A DNA stretch of 64,000 nt. Source: Antedon mediterranea (Eukaryota > Animalia > Echinodermata). Shown in pieces: positions 36,801-47,850 of this stretch. The position numbers and the translations under genes were made by a program. The stretch lies in the NCBI RefSeq assembly GCF_964355755.1, contig NC_092675.1, positions 15,720,912 through 15,784,911 on the forward strand. Direction: 5' to 3'. How positions within the stretch are numbered: the first letter of the stretch is position 1; each line of letters opens with the position of its first letter. The notes under the pieces are model-generated. The model was given only the letters and a program-made list of their open reading frames with translations, was not told where the DNA came from and did no database searches.

Positions 36801-39800
36801 TATAAAAGCATACAAAATATCTATTCTGCTGGTACTATGGGATAGCAAAATTCACTAAAATGAGATTTAAATATAAGTATTTAAAAAACTAAAGGGTATG
36901 ATTTTCATACAGCGAGCATGTTTTATATCCAGGCACTGTTTATAATGACACCCAGGGGATTTTAGGGGCAAGGCCATTTGGCTTCCGGTTTTCGTTGATT
37001 TGAGGGGTACAGTACCAAGGCAAAATGGGAGGGCACCAAGGCCAAAATGAAAAAAATATTTTAACTATTATAAATAAGAAAATATTACTGCTTCGTATTG
37101 ATCGTAGGGTTAGTAAACGCCATTGTCATCGCCTTTAGAAGCATGGACAATGCAAACAATGTATTGTCTACTAGCTTTAGATAGGATTTTAATTAGCGAA
37201 CAATAATTAAAATCCTATCTAAAGCTAGAAGACGTCAATTTTTTTAGCCGCCCTACGCATCGGCTATAATTTGGCCAGACATCCGCCGACAAGACAGCAT
37301 CGGGCCCGTGGGCCTTGGCTCACGCAGAGAGAGTTTCGGCGGCCTACACTATAAATGATATAATCCTACCTTGGGTTAGCGAATTATAAAAACAACGACA
37401 CCTAGGCTAGGACACCTAACAACATATGCAAAATGAATATATTCCATGTTAAGATTTAATATACCGGTACCGTATATTTCGATGTATAAGTCGCACTTTT
37501 GACACGCAAATTTGACCTCTAAATTAAGGGTGCGTCTTATACACCGAACATAAATGCCTCACCACACAGATTGTACATATAGGCCTAGGCTATCGTCACC
37601 TCGTTTGCTAGGCCTGAGTAGGCTAGGCCTAGCTACAGTAACTAACTAACGTAACGGCAACCTGCTTCTGCCTAGTTTTCAAGGCATTTTAGCATGATGT
37701 TATACTATGATGAAAAGATTTGTTCATTATGGCGATAAAATTTCATTTGTAAACGTTTACGTACGATTGGAATAGTATTTATTTATACAGTAGTTATACG
37801 CACGATCGCCGTACCCCCAGCGCAAGCCCTTCTTGGCGGCCACATGGTGTACGGTATTCGACTAGTATATTCTCCAGGTGATTATAGCATGGACCTAGCG
37901 TACACACTTCTCGGATACATAGATACTAATCGAATACGATTGTCCGTGAAAACGTGCGCCCTCTCGAAATGATCGAGCGAGGCTAGCCCACACGTACATG
38001 TTACACACACGGTCATGCACTCGATGTTGCGGCTGTTGAGGCTGGGCGCGGCCGAGCCTAGGTAAGAAAAAACCTAAATAAAGGACGCCGTTGCAGATAT
38101 AACAAAATATATTATTACAATAATATTGATTACAATTTAAAAAAACATTGTTTTGATGAAATATAAGGTGCGTCTTATACACAGACGATATAAAAAATAC
38201 CGATATTTTACTCTCAGTTAGGGGGTGCTTCTTATACACAGGTGCGACTTATACACCAAAATATACGGTAGGCCTTTTAAATAATTATTACACCATGAGT
38301 AAAGAAAAAGTGACTTAATTTGGTAACAAATTCCATGATTCCATGAATATATAACAAATATTTAAGAAACAGTCTTAATAGTTTTCAAAGGTTAAGCCTT
38401 TTATTATGAACAAAGAAAACCTGAAAAACAGGGATAGGATGTTTAACTGAAAGTCACTTCCTTAGGGGAATCAGGATATGATAAATGATTTTTTAATTTA
38501 GGAGAAACAACAAAGATATAGAACAATTAATTGTTAACAATAAATGCCTATCTGGAACAACAGAGCACAAATACTTGGGTGTAACTATAGACGATCAATT
38601 TAGTTGGAACAAGCATACCCAAAGTGTATTCTAAAGCTAGTCAACGCCTATTTTTTCTTAGGAAACTAAAGAAATTTAATGTTGGACAAGATATGCTATT
38701 CCTATTTTACCAGAAATCTGTAAAATATGTAAAATAACTAAAGCAGCATGTAAAATAATTGGTGTAGGAATTGAAAGTATATGTAATCTTTGTGATAAAA
38801 CGGCTCTTAATAAATTGTAAGCACAAAAATTGGCGTAAGGAAAAAATTGCCGAAAGGACAAAAATTGGCGCAAGGACAAATTGCATGGCGTACAGTCTAA
38901 CTAAATGTAAACGTTGAGGGCAGCATGCAACCACTACGCAACTTAACAGGAAACGAAACTTCTGTGGCGTGACACTTTCGAGTATTGTTCAAATTGTATG
39001 GCATCTCTACATAACCCATCTAAAATATATTGCACTTGATTTACATTAATTTCCTCATTTTCGAGAGAAGTTGCAAGGCCCTGAATTCTGTTTCTAAAGT
39101 TTGTTACAATTCTCGCTTCCATGATTATTTTGTTAACCTCCCCCCCCCCCCCTCCCCAGCAGAGTGGTTTTAGTCACGCGGATTTAAAATACTATGCTGC
39201 CCTCAACGTTTAAATTTAGTTTGACTGTACGCCAAATTTTGTCCTTACGGCAATTTGTCCTTACGGCAATTTAACCATACGGCAATGTGTGAATTATGTC
39301 GCCATTAGTTTGGCTTACGAGAGCGGAATTGTTCGTACGGCAACGTTCGTCTATTTTGGCCCTAATGGCCACCCATAGAAACAGGCCCTTAGTAACAAGC
39401 ACATGGTATGTGGAACTATATTATCTTGGTTTTATCACATTATATTATCTTGGTGTAGGAAGAAAAAACATTTTGAGGTCAAAAGAGGCTTAACTACAAA
39501 AATAAGGTTGAAAATGGTAGGTCATTGAGCCTTCCGAGGGTTTTGTAGTAAACAAAAGCTATACGCGCTAGACGATAGCAATCTTTTAACCACTATATCC
39601 ACATTTTTGGTTGAATGAAATGGAAATAAAAAATACTTTATCTTATAGAATAATAGGTAAATAAATATTTACTCAAAAGGATATTTTCATAATTTATTTT
39701 CAGAATAATGACCTAATAAAAAGTGTTTACCAATGTGCGCGCTGGCGCGCTGTTTAATCGTGCTAATGAAAATGGAGTCGGCTCTCGGTATCCCTAATTT

Positions 39801-40022
39801 TAGTGTTTGTTGCCAGCCTAAATTTAATATTACATCACTAAAAAAATACTATTGCAATGCACTACTGTAGCTATCGTACCTGTGAATGGTTGTTAAGTAA
39901 ATGTAATTAATTGTGTACATTAATTAATAATTATGGTCCTATGGATACTTACCATATCCCTTTCCAAAAACATCCCTTGAGGTTTTGCCAAGATCAGCAT
40001 AAACTGGTGGTACATTTGCCAT
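18806..40022 (-). CDS. VDAC: Voltage-dependent anion-selective channel (mitochondrial porin), 8 coding exons, 284 aa
   Basis: Exons (minus): 40022-39953, 32088-32039, 23603-23519, 23302-23182, 20965-20855, 20710-20594, 19573-19365, 18897-18806. All are GT-AG, phases are consistent and the total is 855 nt. Protein: [26 protein letters not shown]...[12 protein letters not shown]...[13 protein letters not shown]...[13 protein letters not shown]. Confidence 0.97.
21089..22266. mobile_element. Non-autonomous TIR element, CAG..CTG ends, 6-bp TSD (GTACAT), hAT-like
   Basis: TIR CAGGGATGTCACCA / TGGTGACATCCCTG. GTACAT lies at 21083-88 and 22267-72. Confidence 0.85.
22766..22995. mobile_element. Internal fragment of the 2459-3935 Helitron family, same orientation
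   Basis: Matches ~2670-2885 (GGTGTCATATTGGCTGATAATTA ... AACACACCCCAGAT..TGGGTGATGTGTT). Confidence 0.8.
24110..24525. mobile_element. Internal fragment of the same Helitron family, inverted
   Basis: The reverse complement matches ~2670-3040 and 22766-22995. Confidence 0.8.
25146..26673. mobile_element. PIF/Harbinger MITE, copy 1 (contains a nested element)
   Basis: TIR CGCCCGTATTCTTAAACCGGACTTTAGTCGTAGTTCGA, TTA TSD. Nearly identical to 32674-33600 apart from the insertion. Confidence 0.92.
25920..26503. mobile_element. TIR element CAGCCCACG..CGTGGGCTG, 6-bp TSD (CCTTTG)
   Basis: Absent from the paralogous MITE, where the empty site GTATAGCCTTTGTTACC lies at ~33425. CCTTTG is duplicated at 25914-19 and 26504-09. 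Confidence 0.9.
27579..29810. mobile_element. Tc1/mariner-like non-autonomous element, TA TSD
   Basis: CAGTACAGGACAGAATTATTGCA pairs with TGCAATAATTCTGTCCGGTACTG. It has CAACGC/GCGTTG subrepeats. Confidence 0.82.
28591..28776. mobile_element. Tc1/mariner (pogo-like) MITE, copy 2
   Basis: Same TIR as 17820-17971, TA TSD, with one extra internal subrepeat. Confidence 0.92.
32674..33600. mobile_element. PIF/Harbinger MITE, copy 2 (927 bp, uninterrupted)
   Basis: Same TIR as 25146-26673. TAA TSD at 32671-73 and 33601-03. Confidence 0.93.
33635..33921 (+). mobile_element. tRNA-derived SINE with a CORE-like body and (TAT)n tail
   Basis: A box TGGCGCAGTG, B box GGTTCGAATCC, body CCTTAGGCAAGATACTTTAC..CTCTCTCCACCCAGGTGTATAAATGGG, and a 3' TATTATTAT tail. 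Confidence 0.82.
34050..34673. mobile_element. Kolobok-like MITE (AG..CT ends, TTAA TSD)
   Basis: AGACACCTTCCCTAC pairs with GTAGGGAAGGTGTCT, flanked by TTAA on both sides. Confidence 0.88.
34731..36418. mobile_element. TIR element CTACGCTCGCGCTAA, 6-bp TSD (AGCAAG)
   Basis: 15-bp TIR with TGGCGA/TCGCCA subterminal repeats. AGCAAG lies at 34725-30 and 36419-24. Confidence 0.85.
37166..37233. repeat. Near-perfect palindrome with arms of about 25-30 bp
   Basis: CTAGCTTTAGATAGGATTTTAATTA pairs with TAATTAAAATCCTATCTAAAGCTAG. Confidence 0.85.
37470..38268. mobile_element. Tc1/mariner (pogo/Tigger-like) MITE, CCGTA..TACGG ends, TA TSD
   Basis: CCGTATATTTCGATGTATAAGTCGCAC pairs with GTGCGACTTATACACCAAAATATACGG. 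It has GGTGCGTCTTATAC subrepeats. Confidence 0.85.
38400..38815 (+). pseudogene. Decayed LINE reverse transcriptase C-terminal fragment
   Basis: Translates with stops and frameshifts as [36 protein letters not shown]. Confidence 0.75.
38820..39290. mobile_element. Degraded foldback-like TIR element with CGTAAGGACAAA subrepeats
   Basis: GGCGTACAGTCTAACTAAATGTAAACGTTGAGGGCAGCAT (~38887) pairs with ~39194-39233. The flanking subrepeats are in inverted orientation. Ends not defined. Confidence 0.5.
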
Positions 40023-40162
40023 TTTAATTTTGTTCTGCAATAAAATAAAAATATCAAACAATAGCAATAGGCCTATTCATATTTAATAATTTAGTCTAAT
40101 TAGTAATTTACCAATTTATTAAGCCTAGGGGCTAGGCCTGTCTGTGTGTGTGGTGTAAAAAA

Positions 40163-40867
40163 TACGCCGTGGTTAGGATTCCGGCACCGGAACTCAACTG
40201 CCCACCGTTAGGGAATCCGACACGCTATTGCGCATGCCCAGAGCAAGGTAATCGGCGACTCTCTATACTTTTATCAACAGCGATGGATCATTTCATAGCT
40301 GCGCCACACGGCGAACTAGCCTAGATGCCTATTAAGACGGGATCCACTAATCTAGGGCTACCAGTTAGACGTGACCAGTGGGCCTATTTATTTTGTAATT
40401 AAAAAGTGGTTGCTTCATTCATATATAAACTTCATATCATTATGAATTATATAATTACATGACTAGTTTTATGATTTTTTCATAACGCATTATACTGTAC
40501 ATAACAACATGCAATCACAAGTTGATTAGTTGACGGCAGCCACCGCATGGATGTGAAAAAACTTTTCGGGAAGTCAGGGTCACAACGCTAAAAACAGCAT
40601 TACGATTCTTAGATAGATACTGATACTTATTAATATAATTATAATTATTTTAACGCGTGGGCGTAGTCGTATTTTAATTATTAATTCTTGTATGGCATAG
40701 GCCAAGTTTCATCCATCGCTCTCTCGCTCGCGCAACGACTATCTAGGCTACAGTCAATCCCTATAACACTCCGTGGTGTGGCGGTAGTGCAAGCTATAAT
40801 TATAGCGTGTCGGATTCCCTAACGGTGGGCAGTTGAGTTCCGGTGCCGGAATCCTAACCACGGCGTA
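40163..40867. mobile_element. MITE with perfect 66-bp TIRs
   Basis: 40163-40228 is the exact reverse complement of 40802-40867. It is inserted in an A run, so the TSD is ambiguous (TA or AAA/AAAA). Confidence 0.92.
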
Positions 40868-41234
40868 AAAAATGATGTAAAAATTTCTGGAATTGCTTGT
40901 TTTATATTGCTAAAGTTGCAGTCGGTATATTGTAACCCAGTTATAGTAATTACCAACAGTGGTTCTGTCCACAACATGAGGACAAGCCCATCCCATTTTT
41001 GCTAGGCTTCGCACCTGTGAAAAGACGCCGGTCTAGCCTACTCGCGGCGGGTCTCTCTCTTCCATTTTGTTTTGGTAAGAAAATAGAATCACCGGTAAAA
41101 TTAGAGCAAAAAAGTCTATACATAAATTAACACTACTTAAAAGTGCCTCATTGCATTTATTTTAGAACAATACATTTAAATGAAAATTGTATTTTTGAGC
41201 TAAAATGTACAAGTTTAAATATCATTTTTCTTAC

Positions 41235-41325
41235 ATTTGATAATTTCTTGCAGGTATCACCACACAGGCCTAGCTCACGCTTTCAATACAACAACGAGGA
41301 TTTCTGGGAAGGAAGTACGTAATGG
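41235..41325 (-). other. Putative non-coding first exon / TSS region of VDAC
   Basis: The minus strand has a pyrimidine-rich CTTCCTTCCC start and a GTAAG donor at 41234. The first coding exon has an AG acceptor 12 nt before the ATG. The neighbourhood is CpG-richer. Confidence 0.4.
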
Positions 41326-42428
41326 GAAATCTAGACGGGTTTCTTGCGCTTTTTGTCAGATTTTGTTTAGCGCCCTCGTCGTACATTTTTTAACTGTATC
41401 GCGCCGCCGCCTTTTACAGATCTGGTGTAAATTTTATGTCATTATCTCAAATATGTTTTATTTTCGTTTCAGTTTTTATTTTTCATTGTATTTGTATTGA
41501 ATTTTGTAATTGGTATGGACGCACCATCTACGCATGTGTGCCACTGTTAAAAAAGTTTTGTTCCAAATAAATATTATTATTATTATTATTATGATTTATG
41601 GGAGGGCTATATAGAGTCACAAATTGGTCATATCTCGCCTACACCACATTCAATGGGCCTAGATTTACAATCCTGTATTCTTGTGATTGCAGCAAATTCT
41701 TCTTTTCAGTATCATTAGGCCTATTGTGCTAATGGGAATAATAATTTCTGAACACGTGATGATCTAGGGCTAGGTCTACGACTCGTCTATTTTACTGCGA
41801 TAAACGAAAGAATTTCAAATGTCTTCCAGTCGTATAAAAAAATTATTCCTTTTATTTCAGCTATATTTTTTCCAGTTACAAATATAAACCCAGACAACTT
41901 AGGCCTACTTATAAAAAAGAGGCTTCAAAAATACATCACTGAACTCAAGAAGATCTCCATTTTTGGTGAAGCCACAAAATACATATACACGTACATAATA
42001 GACCTATTGCAGTAAGATAAGCAAATCAATTAACATAATTTTCTACTTCTACTTTTCTATGACATCGTAGTGTATAAATAAACATTTTTTGTCAGACTTT
42101 AATTTAAGTTTCAAGAAGAAAATAAGAAATACACATCATTTGAGAAACATTCATTTAGTTTAAACGGTACCATATAATTACCGTAATTATTTAAAATAAC
42201 AAATATCAGAGATAATAAATTCTATCTAAAACTACACACGCCGCTCTGGATCAAGTAATAGTCCTACGAGTAATTTTTCAGAATTTTAATATTGTTTTAA
42301 TTTGTTAAAATATAAATCATACATTAATGTTAAAAACGATAGGCCTAATCATTTTGTTGTTGATTTATCCTAAATTTAATTCAGACGGGTCGTTACCAAG
42401 TTCCAAAATTACAGATCTGTTTACCAGG

Positions 42429-44719
42429 TTACCAATGCGCCTTTACAAACTCTATGTCTCCAATAAGACTAGCAGCCATTCCGATCGCCACAATTTCAAA
42501 TAATGTCATTGAACCGACTATGACCGCTAGAAAGACTAGGTTATTAGTCAACCAGGTGATGACAGCCTCTTTGCAACCTTTTGTGTAGATAACCTGAGAA
42601 TCTGGAGTATCTGGAACCAGTGCTTCATTGCCACATTGGTAGTTTACAACACCTTCTGCCTCCTCAACGCAACAAGAAAACGGTACACTGCATTTTGTAA
42701 CACGGGCAACGCCGCTACAATTGTAATATCTTGAAAAGAAAAGATGACTAAAAATGTTATCTTATTAATTTCGTATAATCAGGGAAGAGTTAAATTACAA
42801 TTTAACTCTTCCCTGGTATAATGAACATGGTTACGAGATTGTGATATGCGCAATTCAATCACATGATGCGCAAATCAGCGCGAAAGTTACAATCATTTTT
42901 GGATCAGGTAAGATTTATTCTTTATTTTGACAATGTTGGTAGTAATGTATTAGTAATGGGTATTAGTGAAAACAGATCGACTGTGAGACACGGTCACCGA
43001 GATAACCTACATAGATTTAAACAACAGTTACAATGGCCATGATGAATTTGAAAACTTACAAGTTAACTTCCCAATCGCTTGGTTCGTTTATACCACAACA
43101 TTGCAAGTACTCTTGTATTGTATCGATAATAAACTGTGTGTCTGGATCATCTAAATAAATTCAAAACAGTTTAATAGAATTTAACAACTTATTGTTATTA
43201 ATCCACCATGCATCATTCAATGTCCATCTCCATAAGTCGTCGTCGTGTCGACTCTTTCATCTCGTCCCTCCATCATGTCTTCATGGAGGAATTATCCTCT
43301 ATTATGTTGTCATGGAGGAATTATCCTTTACCATGTTGACATGGAGGAATTATACTTCACCATGTTGCCATGGAGGAATTATCCTTTACCATGTTTCCAT
43401 GGAGGAATTATCCTTCACCATGTTGCCATGGAGGAATTATTCTTCACCATGTTTCCATGGAGGAATTATCCTTTACCATGTTGTCATGGAGGAATTATCC
43501 TTTACCATGTTGACATGGAGGAATTATCCATCACCATGTTGCCATAGAGGAATTATCCTTCACCATGTTGCCATGGAGGAATTATCCTTTGCCATGTTTC
43601 CATGGAGGAATTATCCTTCGCCATGTTGCCATGGAGGAAGTATCCTTCACCATGTTGCCATGGGGGAATTATCCTTCACCATGTTGCCATGGAGGAATTA
43701 TCCTTTACCATGTTTCCATGGAGGAATTATCCTTCACCATGTTGCCATGGAGGAATTATCCTTCACCATGTTTCCATGGAGGAATTATCCTTTACCATGT
43801 TGTCATGGAGGAATTATCCTTTACCATGTTGACATGGAGGAATTATCCTTCACCATGTTGCCATGGAGGAATTATCTTTCACCATGTTTCCATGGAGGAA
43901 TTATCCTTTACCATGTTGTCATGGAGGAATTATCCTTTACCATGTTGACATGGAGGAATTATCCTTCACTAGGTTGCCATGGTGGAATTATCCATTACCA
44001 TGTTTCCATGGAGGAATTATCCTTCACCATGTTGCCATGGAGGAATTACCCTCCACCATGTTGCCATGGAGGAATTATCCTTCACCATGTTGCCATGGAG
44101 AAATTATCCTGTACCATGTTTCCATGGAGGAATTATCCTTCACCATGTTGCTATGGAGGAATTATCCTTTACCATGTTACCCTGGAGGAATTATCCTTCA
44201 CCATGTTTCCATGGAGGAATTATCCTTTGTTGACATAGAGGAATTATCTTCCATCATGTTGTCGAGGAGGATCTAACCTCCATCATGTTGTGATAACTCA
44301 CCTTGATAGTTTTTCATACCATTCATTACAAAGGTTTCTATTGAGCCGACGACTTCGTCCTGATAAAAATAGGCCAACACAGCAGCAGTTGCTTCAAGTA
44401 TGAGGATAAGAATCATCGAGTATCGGAACATTTTTAGCATGGTTGTATTTTCTCTTAGTGAACCGATACATCCGAGTGTCGACAAAATAATAACGATGAA
44501 TCCGATCACAATGAACACCCATAAGGGATCTACACTAATAGTACCCCCTTCAATAACATCTGTAATTGCGCTGACGTCCTTGGAGTACACACCCCAGATC
44601 CCAAATCCAAAAATGGCGCCACCGAGGAAAAAGAATAGAACATTCACCAATACCATGGTGTACTTGACACACAGGCTGACATGAGCCGTGTTCCTTTGCC
44701 TCGGATGTCTTCCCGCCAT
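42429..44719 (-). CDS. Tetraspanin, TspanC8 subgroup (Tspan5/14/17/33-like), paralog A, 269 aa
   Basis: Exons 44719-44302, 43150-43060 and 42729-42429 (810 nt, GT-AG). Four TM segments, GCIGSLREN, CCG, VPFSCC, eight cysteines in the large loop, C-terminus DIEFVKAHW*. Confidence 0.94.
42780..42815. mobile_element. 36-bp TIR-only remnant with a 7-bp TSD (probable P-superfamily excision footprint)
   Basis: GTATAAT|CAGGGAAGAGTTAAATT-AC-AATTTAACTCTTCCCTG|GTATAAT. Confidence 0.75.
43265..44292. repeat. 29-bp minisatellite, about 35 copies, intronic
   Basis: Unit CCATGGAGGAATTATCCTTCACCATGTTG. CATGGAGGAA occurs at 43311, 43340 and onward. Confidence 0.97.
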
Positions 44720-46764
44720 TTATTCTGAAATAAAATTATTATCCATAATTAATGTAATTATAGCTTTATTGGTCACATGAAATGGATGACGAAATACAGT
44801 ACTTTTTTTCTATAACCATTGTTGAAACTAGAAACCATCTACTGTAATCTATATATCGAAATTATGCAGTTTAAAACATCAAAAATAATATCTATAGACT
44901 ATAGTAGGCCTACTATTTTGCTGCCAATATAACATTACACGTAACAGCTTGTATTGTTATTGTTTACCACTACAGCCTGTACTACACAAATGACTAATTC
45001 AGCCTTTATAAAGGCCACCTCTATCATGATTCCAATGTTTTATATCATATCAATAGGCCTATCACATATAATTGTGGTAATTTATAAATGAGTATTTAAA
45101 AAGAAAAGAACATTGGATCTGTGACTACCACGTGCCTACCTTCAAGAGGTACCATACACACCTTCCAAAACACAGTTGTTTTATTGATATTTTCCAGTTT
45201 TTAGGCTTAATAATTAACACGACGTTCAGTATCACCAACAGGAAGTATTTAAGCATGACGGGCGTACTGTTTGTTGGTAACGGTTGACGTATTTACTACA
45301 ATAAAACATTTACTGTACCATGTAAATAATACAGACGCTGACGTAGCAGGCCTTTGTGCGTCTTTTTCTAGGGCCACTTGGTTGTATGATCGAACGACTG
45401 AATTCACTATTGTGTGCTGTTCTAGCTTTTTACAACAAAAATGAATTCTCCTACTACTATTCATAGTAGGCCTTTTACTTCTGTGGTTTTATTTTTAAGC
45501 GCACTTCCTCCTGTCAGAATATGGATTTGTAACAACTCGTCATGAGAGACAACGATTATCAAAACGTGTGGTGGTAATGAAATAATATGTGCAATATTTC
45601 TCAGCCATTTCAATCACTCAATCTTTACATCGGATTCGTGACAACTTTTTGCTAAAAATTAGGTTTTGAATTGCAAATACTGTATAAAGAATCAATTCCT
45701 ACTTCTATTGACATAACTACTAGTCACACGTGACATAGACGTAGGCCTACCATGCGTAGTATGCACTAGGAAGCCGGGTGGTTAATTAACGGATTTCACT
45801 ATATAGGCCTACGCCAGTATTACGCCGTTGGTGCTGTGTACGACATGATCCCCATCCTGAGACCTCACTATTTACAGTTCATCCAAATAGGCCTACTGTA
45901 CGGTAGGACCTACTCATGACATTAGGCGGTTATAATATTATGAAAGAACAGAAAACACAACATTAACAAATTCGGCTGTTGAAAATATTATTTCAATAAG
46001 TTTCAACGTTGTCTAAATTTGTTTAGGAAAAATTCTGTGCACAGTTAATATTCAGTGTATATGTTTTCATATTTACATTTTTATAAATCATTTACGTGGT
46101 ACTGTAAATTGTAAAACGACATTAAAAACAGATGAATAATTTAATAGGCGCTATAATATTAATATTAGCAGGCCTGTGCAAAATAAATTGACGAAATAAA
46201 TGAATTTCGCATAATTCATGTGTATTATTATTATTATAAATATTAGTTCTTGAAAATTCATTTGGATCCAAGTTAATAATTAATATCTTTTTTTGTTGTT
46301 AGTCCAGTACAGTAAAACAACAAAGTAACGATAAAAAAAACAGAGCGTTAGCGAAACTGATTAACCTTGTACTTACTGCATTAGATCAAAAAGAAAGAAC
46401 ACTCTTCTTAAATTATAATTACAGTAAGCGCCACTGGATCCGCCCGTTGGATCACCCGCCCTTGATATAGTAATTACAGTAATTCAATACACAAAATAAT
46501 TTCCTAACAAATAATTGGTATTTAAAATATATAAGGTGAAATATATCATTATTATGTATGTTCGTTTAAACTTATATACGCACAATTAAATATAGACCTA
46601 CGTAACCTATATAGAACGCGTTGCTATATTTAATGGACATTCAAAATGTATTAATATAATAAGCCTATTGTAATATATAAAATGAAACAATACGACGATG
46701 CGTACTAATAGAAAAAAAAAAAATTCTCGAATCACCTTGATCTATCCACTAGGATGGAACACGA

Positions 46765-46866
46765 GGAGGTAAGCGTAACGCAAGTGAGTTGACCAATGAC
46801 AAACAACAGTTCGAATAATCCATAACTTGTCATTGGTCATAATGTTTGCGTTGCGCTTACGTCGTC
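46765..46866. repeat. Short degraded hairpin element (MITE-like)
   Basis: GTAAGCGTAACGCAA..TGACCAATGACAA pairs with TTGTCATTGGTCA..TTGCGTTGCGCTTAC. Confidence 0.6.
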
Positions 46867-47850
46867 ATGCCGATCTTCAACCGGATCTGGTACGATACGG
46901 TTGATATGGGCCTACTATAACGTGTGGTTAAGATATTAAAATTGTTACTACAAGAAAGCATTGATATACTGTACGGTGATGTATTTATAGTATATTAAGT
47001 ACGGTAGTCAATAAATAGTCATATTACCATAGTAACTGGATTTGTGCGTCAGTGTGCACATGTTCACTTACGTCAGAAGGAAATTAATATTTTAAACCCA
47101 AGATAAAAACAATCATAATATTTTAAATCAAACCGTTAAATAAAGGCTATGATACGAGTTATTGCATAGTCTGCGTAATAGCACAATTTCTTAGCACAGG
47201 GATGTTTAAAATGGATTTATAAATCTGGGATTTAAATCTATACGATACTCTGCTTTTATCCCCCAAAAATATGCATACATAAAGAATAACAATAATATAT
47301 AAATACAAAATGTCTAAGAGATGGGATTACGTATGTTGTCACTATAAACACAAATGAATTATATTATTTGGAATGAATGAATGCTTTACTCTATTCTTGG
47401 AAGAAAGACAATTAAATTAGCACATTCTTTTCTCTATGCATGGAGTTAAAGACGGTCCAATATGAGTTACATTGTCGTTTCTACTACGTTCAAACATCCG
47501 ATATCCCTCGATGAGAGGCACTAACGTTCGGCCTACATTATAAAACCATCGGAGTTAACGTTACATCGGATGTATATCTCAAGAGCACACGGAACGGAGT
47601 TAACTCAGATGCATGTGAACATAGCTATTTTAGGGAGCTTTCGATTTGCGAAAGACCGACGACCAAACTACCTAATGTTATTTACCTCAGTGTACGCATG
47701 CGGGAATATTGGGACGCGTGTCCTCGCTCCTCACCACCTCGATGGTTTCTGGGTTTTGGCGACGACTGACGACACGTCGATTAGTCGTGATCTAGGTTGG
47801 TCGTCGGTCCTCCGTCGTCGCAAATCGAAAGCTCCATAAATGTCCCGTCA

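Noticed and set aside
43192-44276. 348-aa and overlapping Cys/His-rich ORFs on the + strand
   Set aside because: They are a by-product of a stop-free 29-bp minisatellite inside a tetraspanin intron, on the opposite strand.
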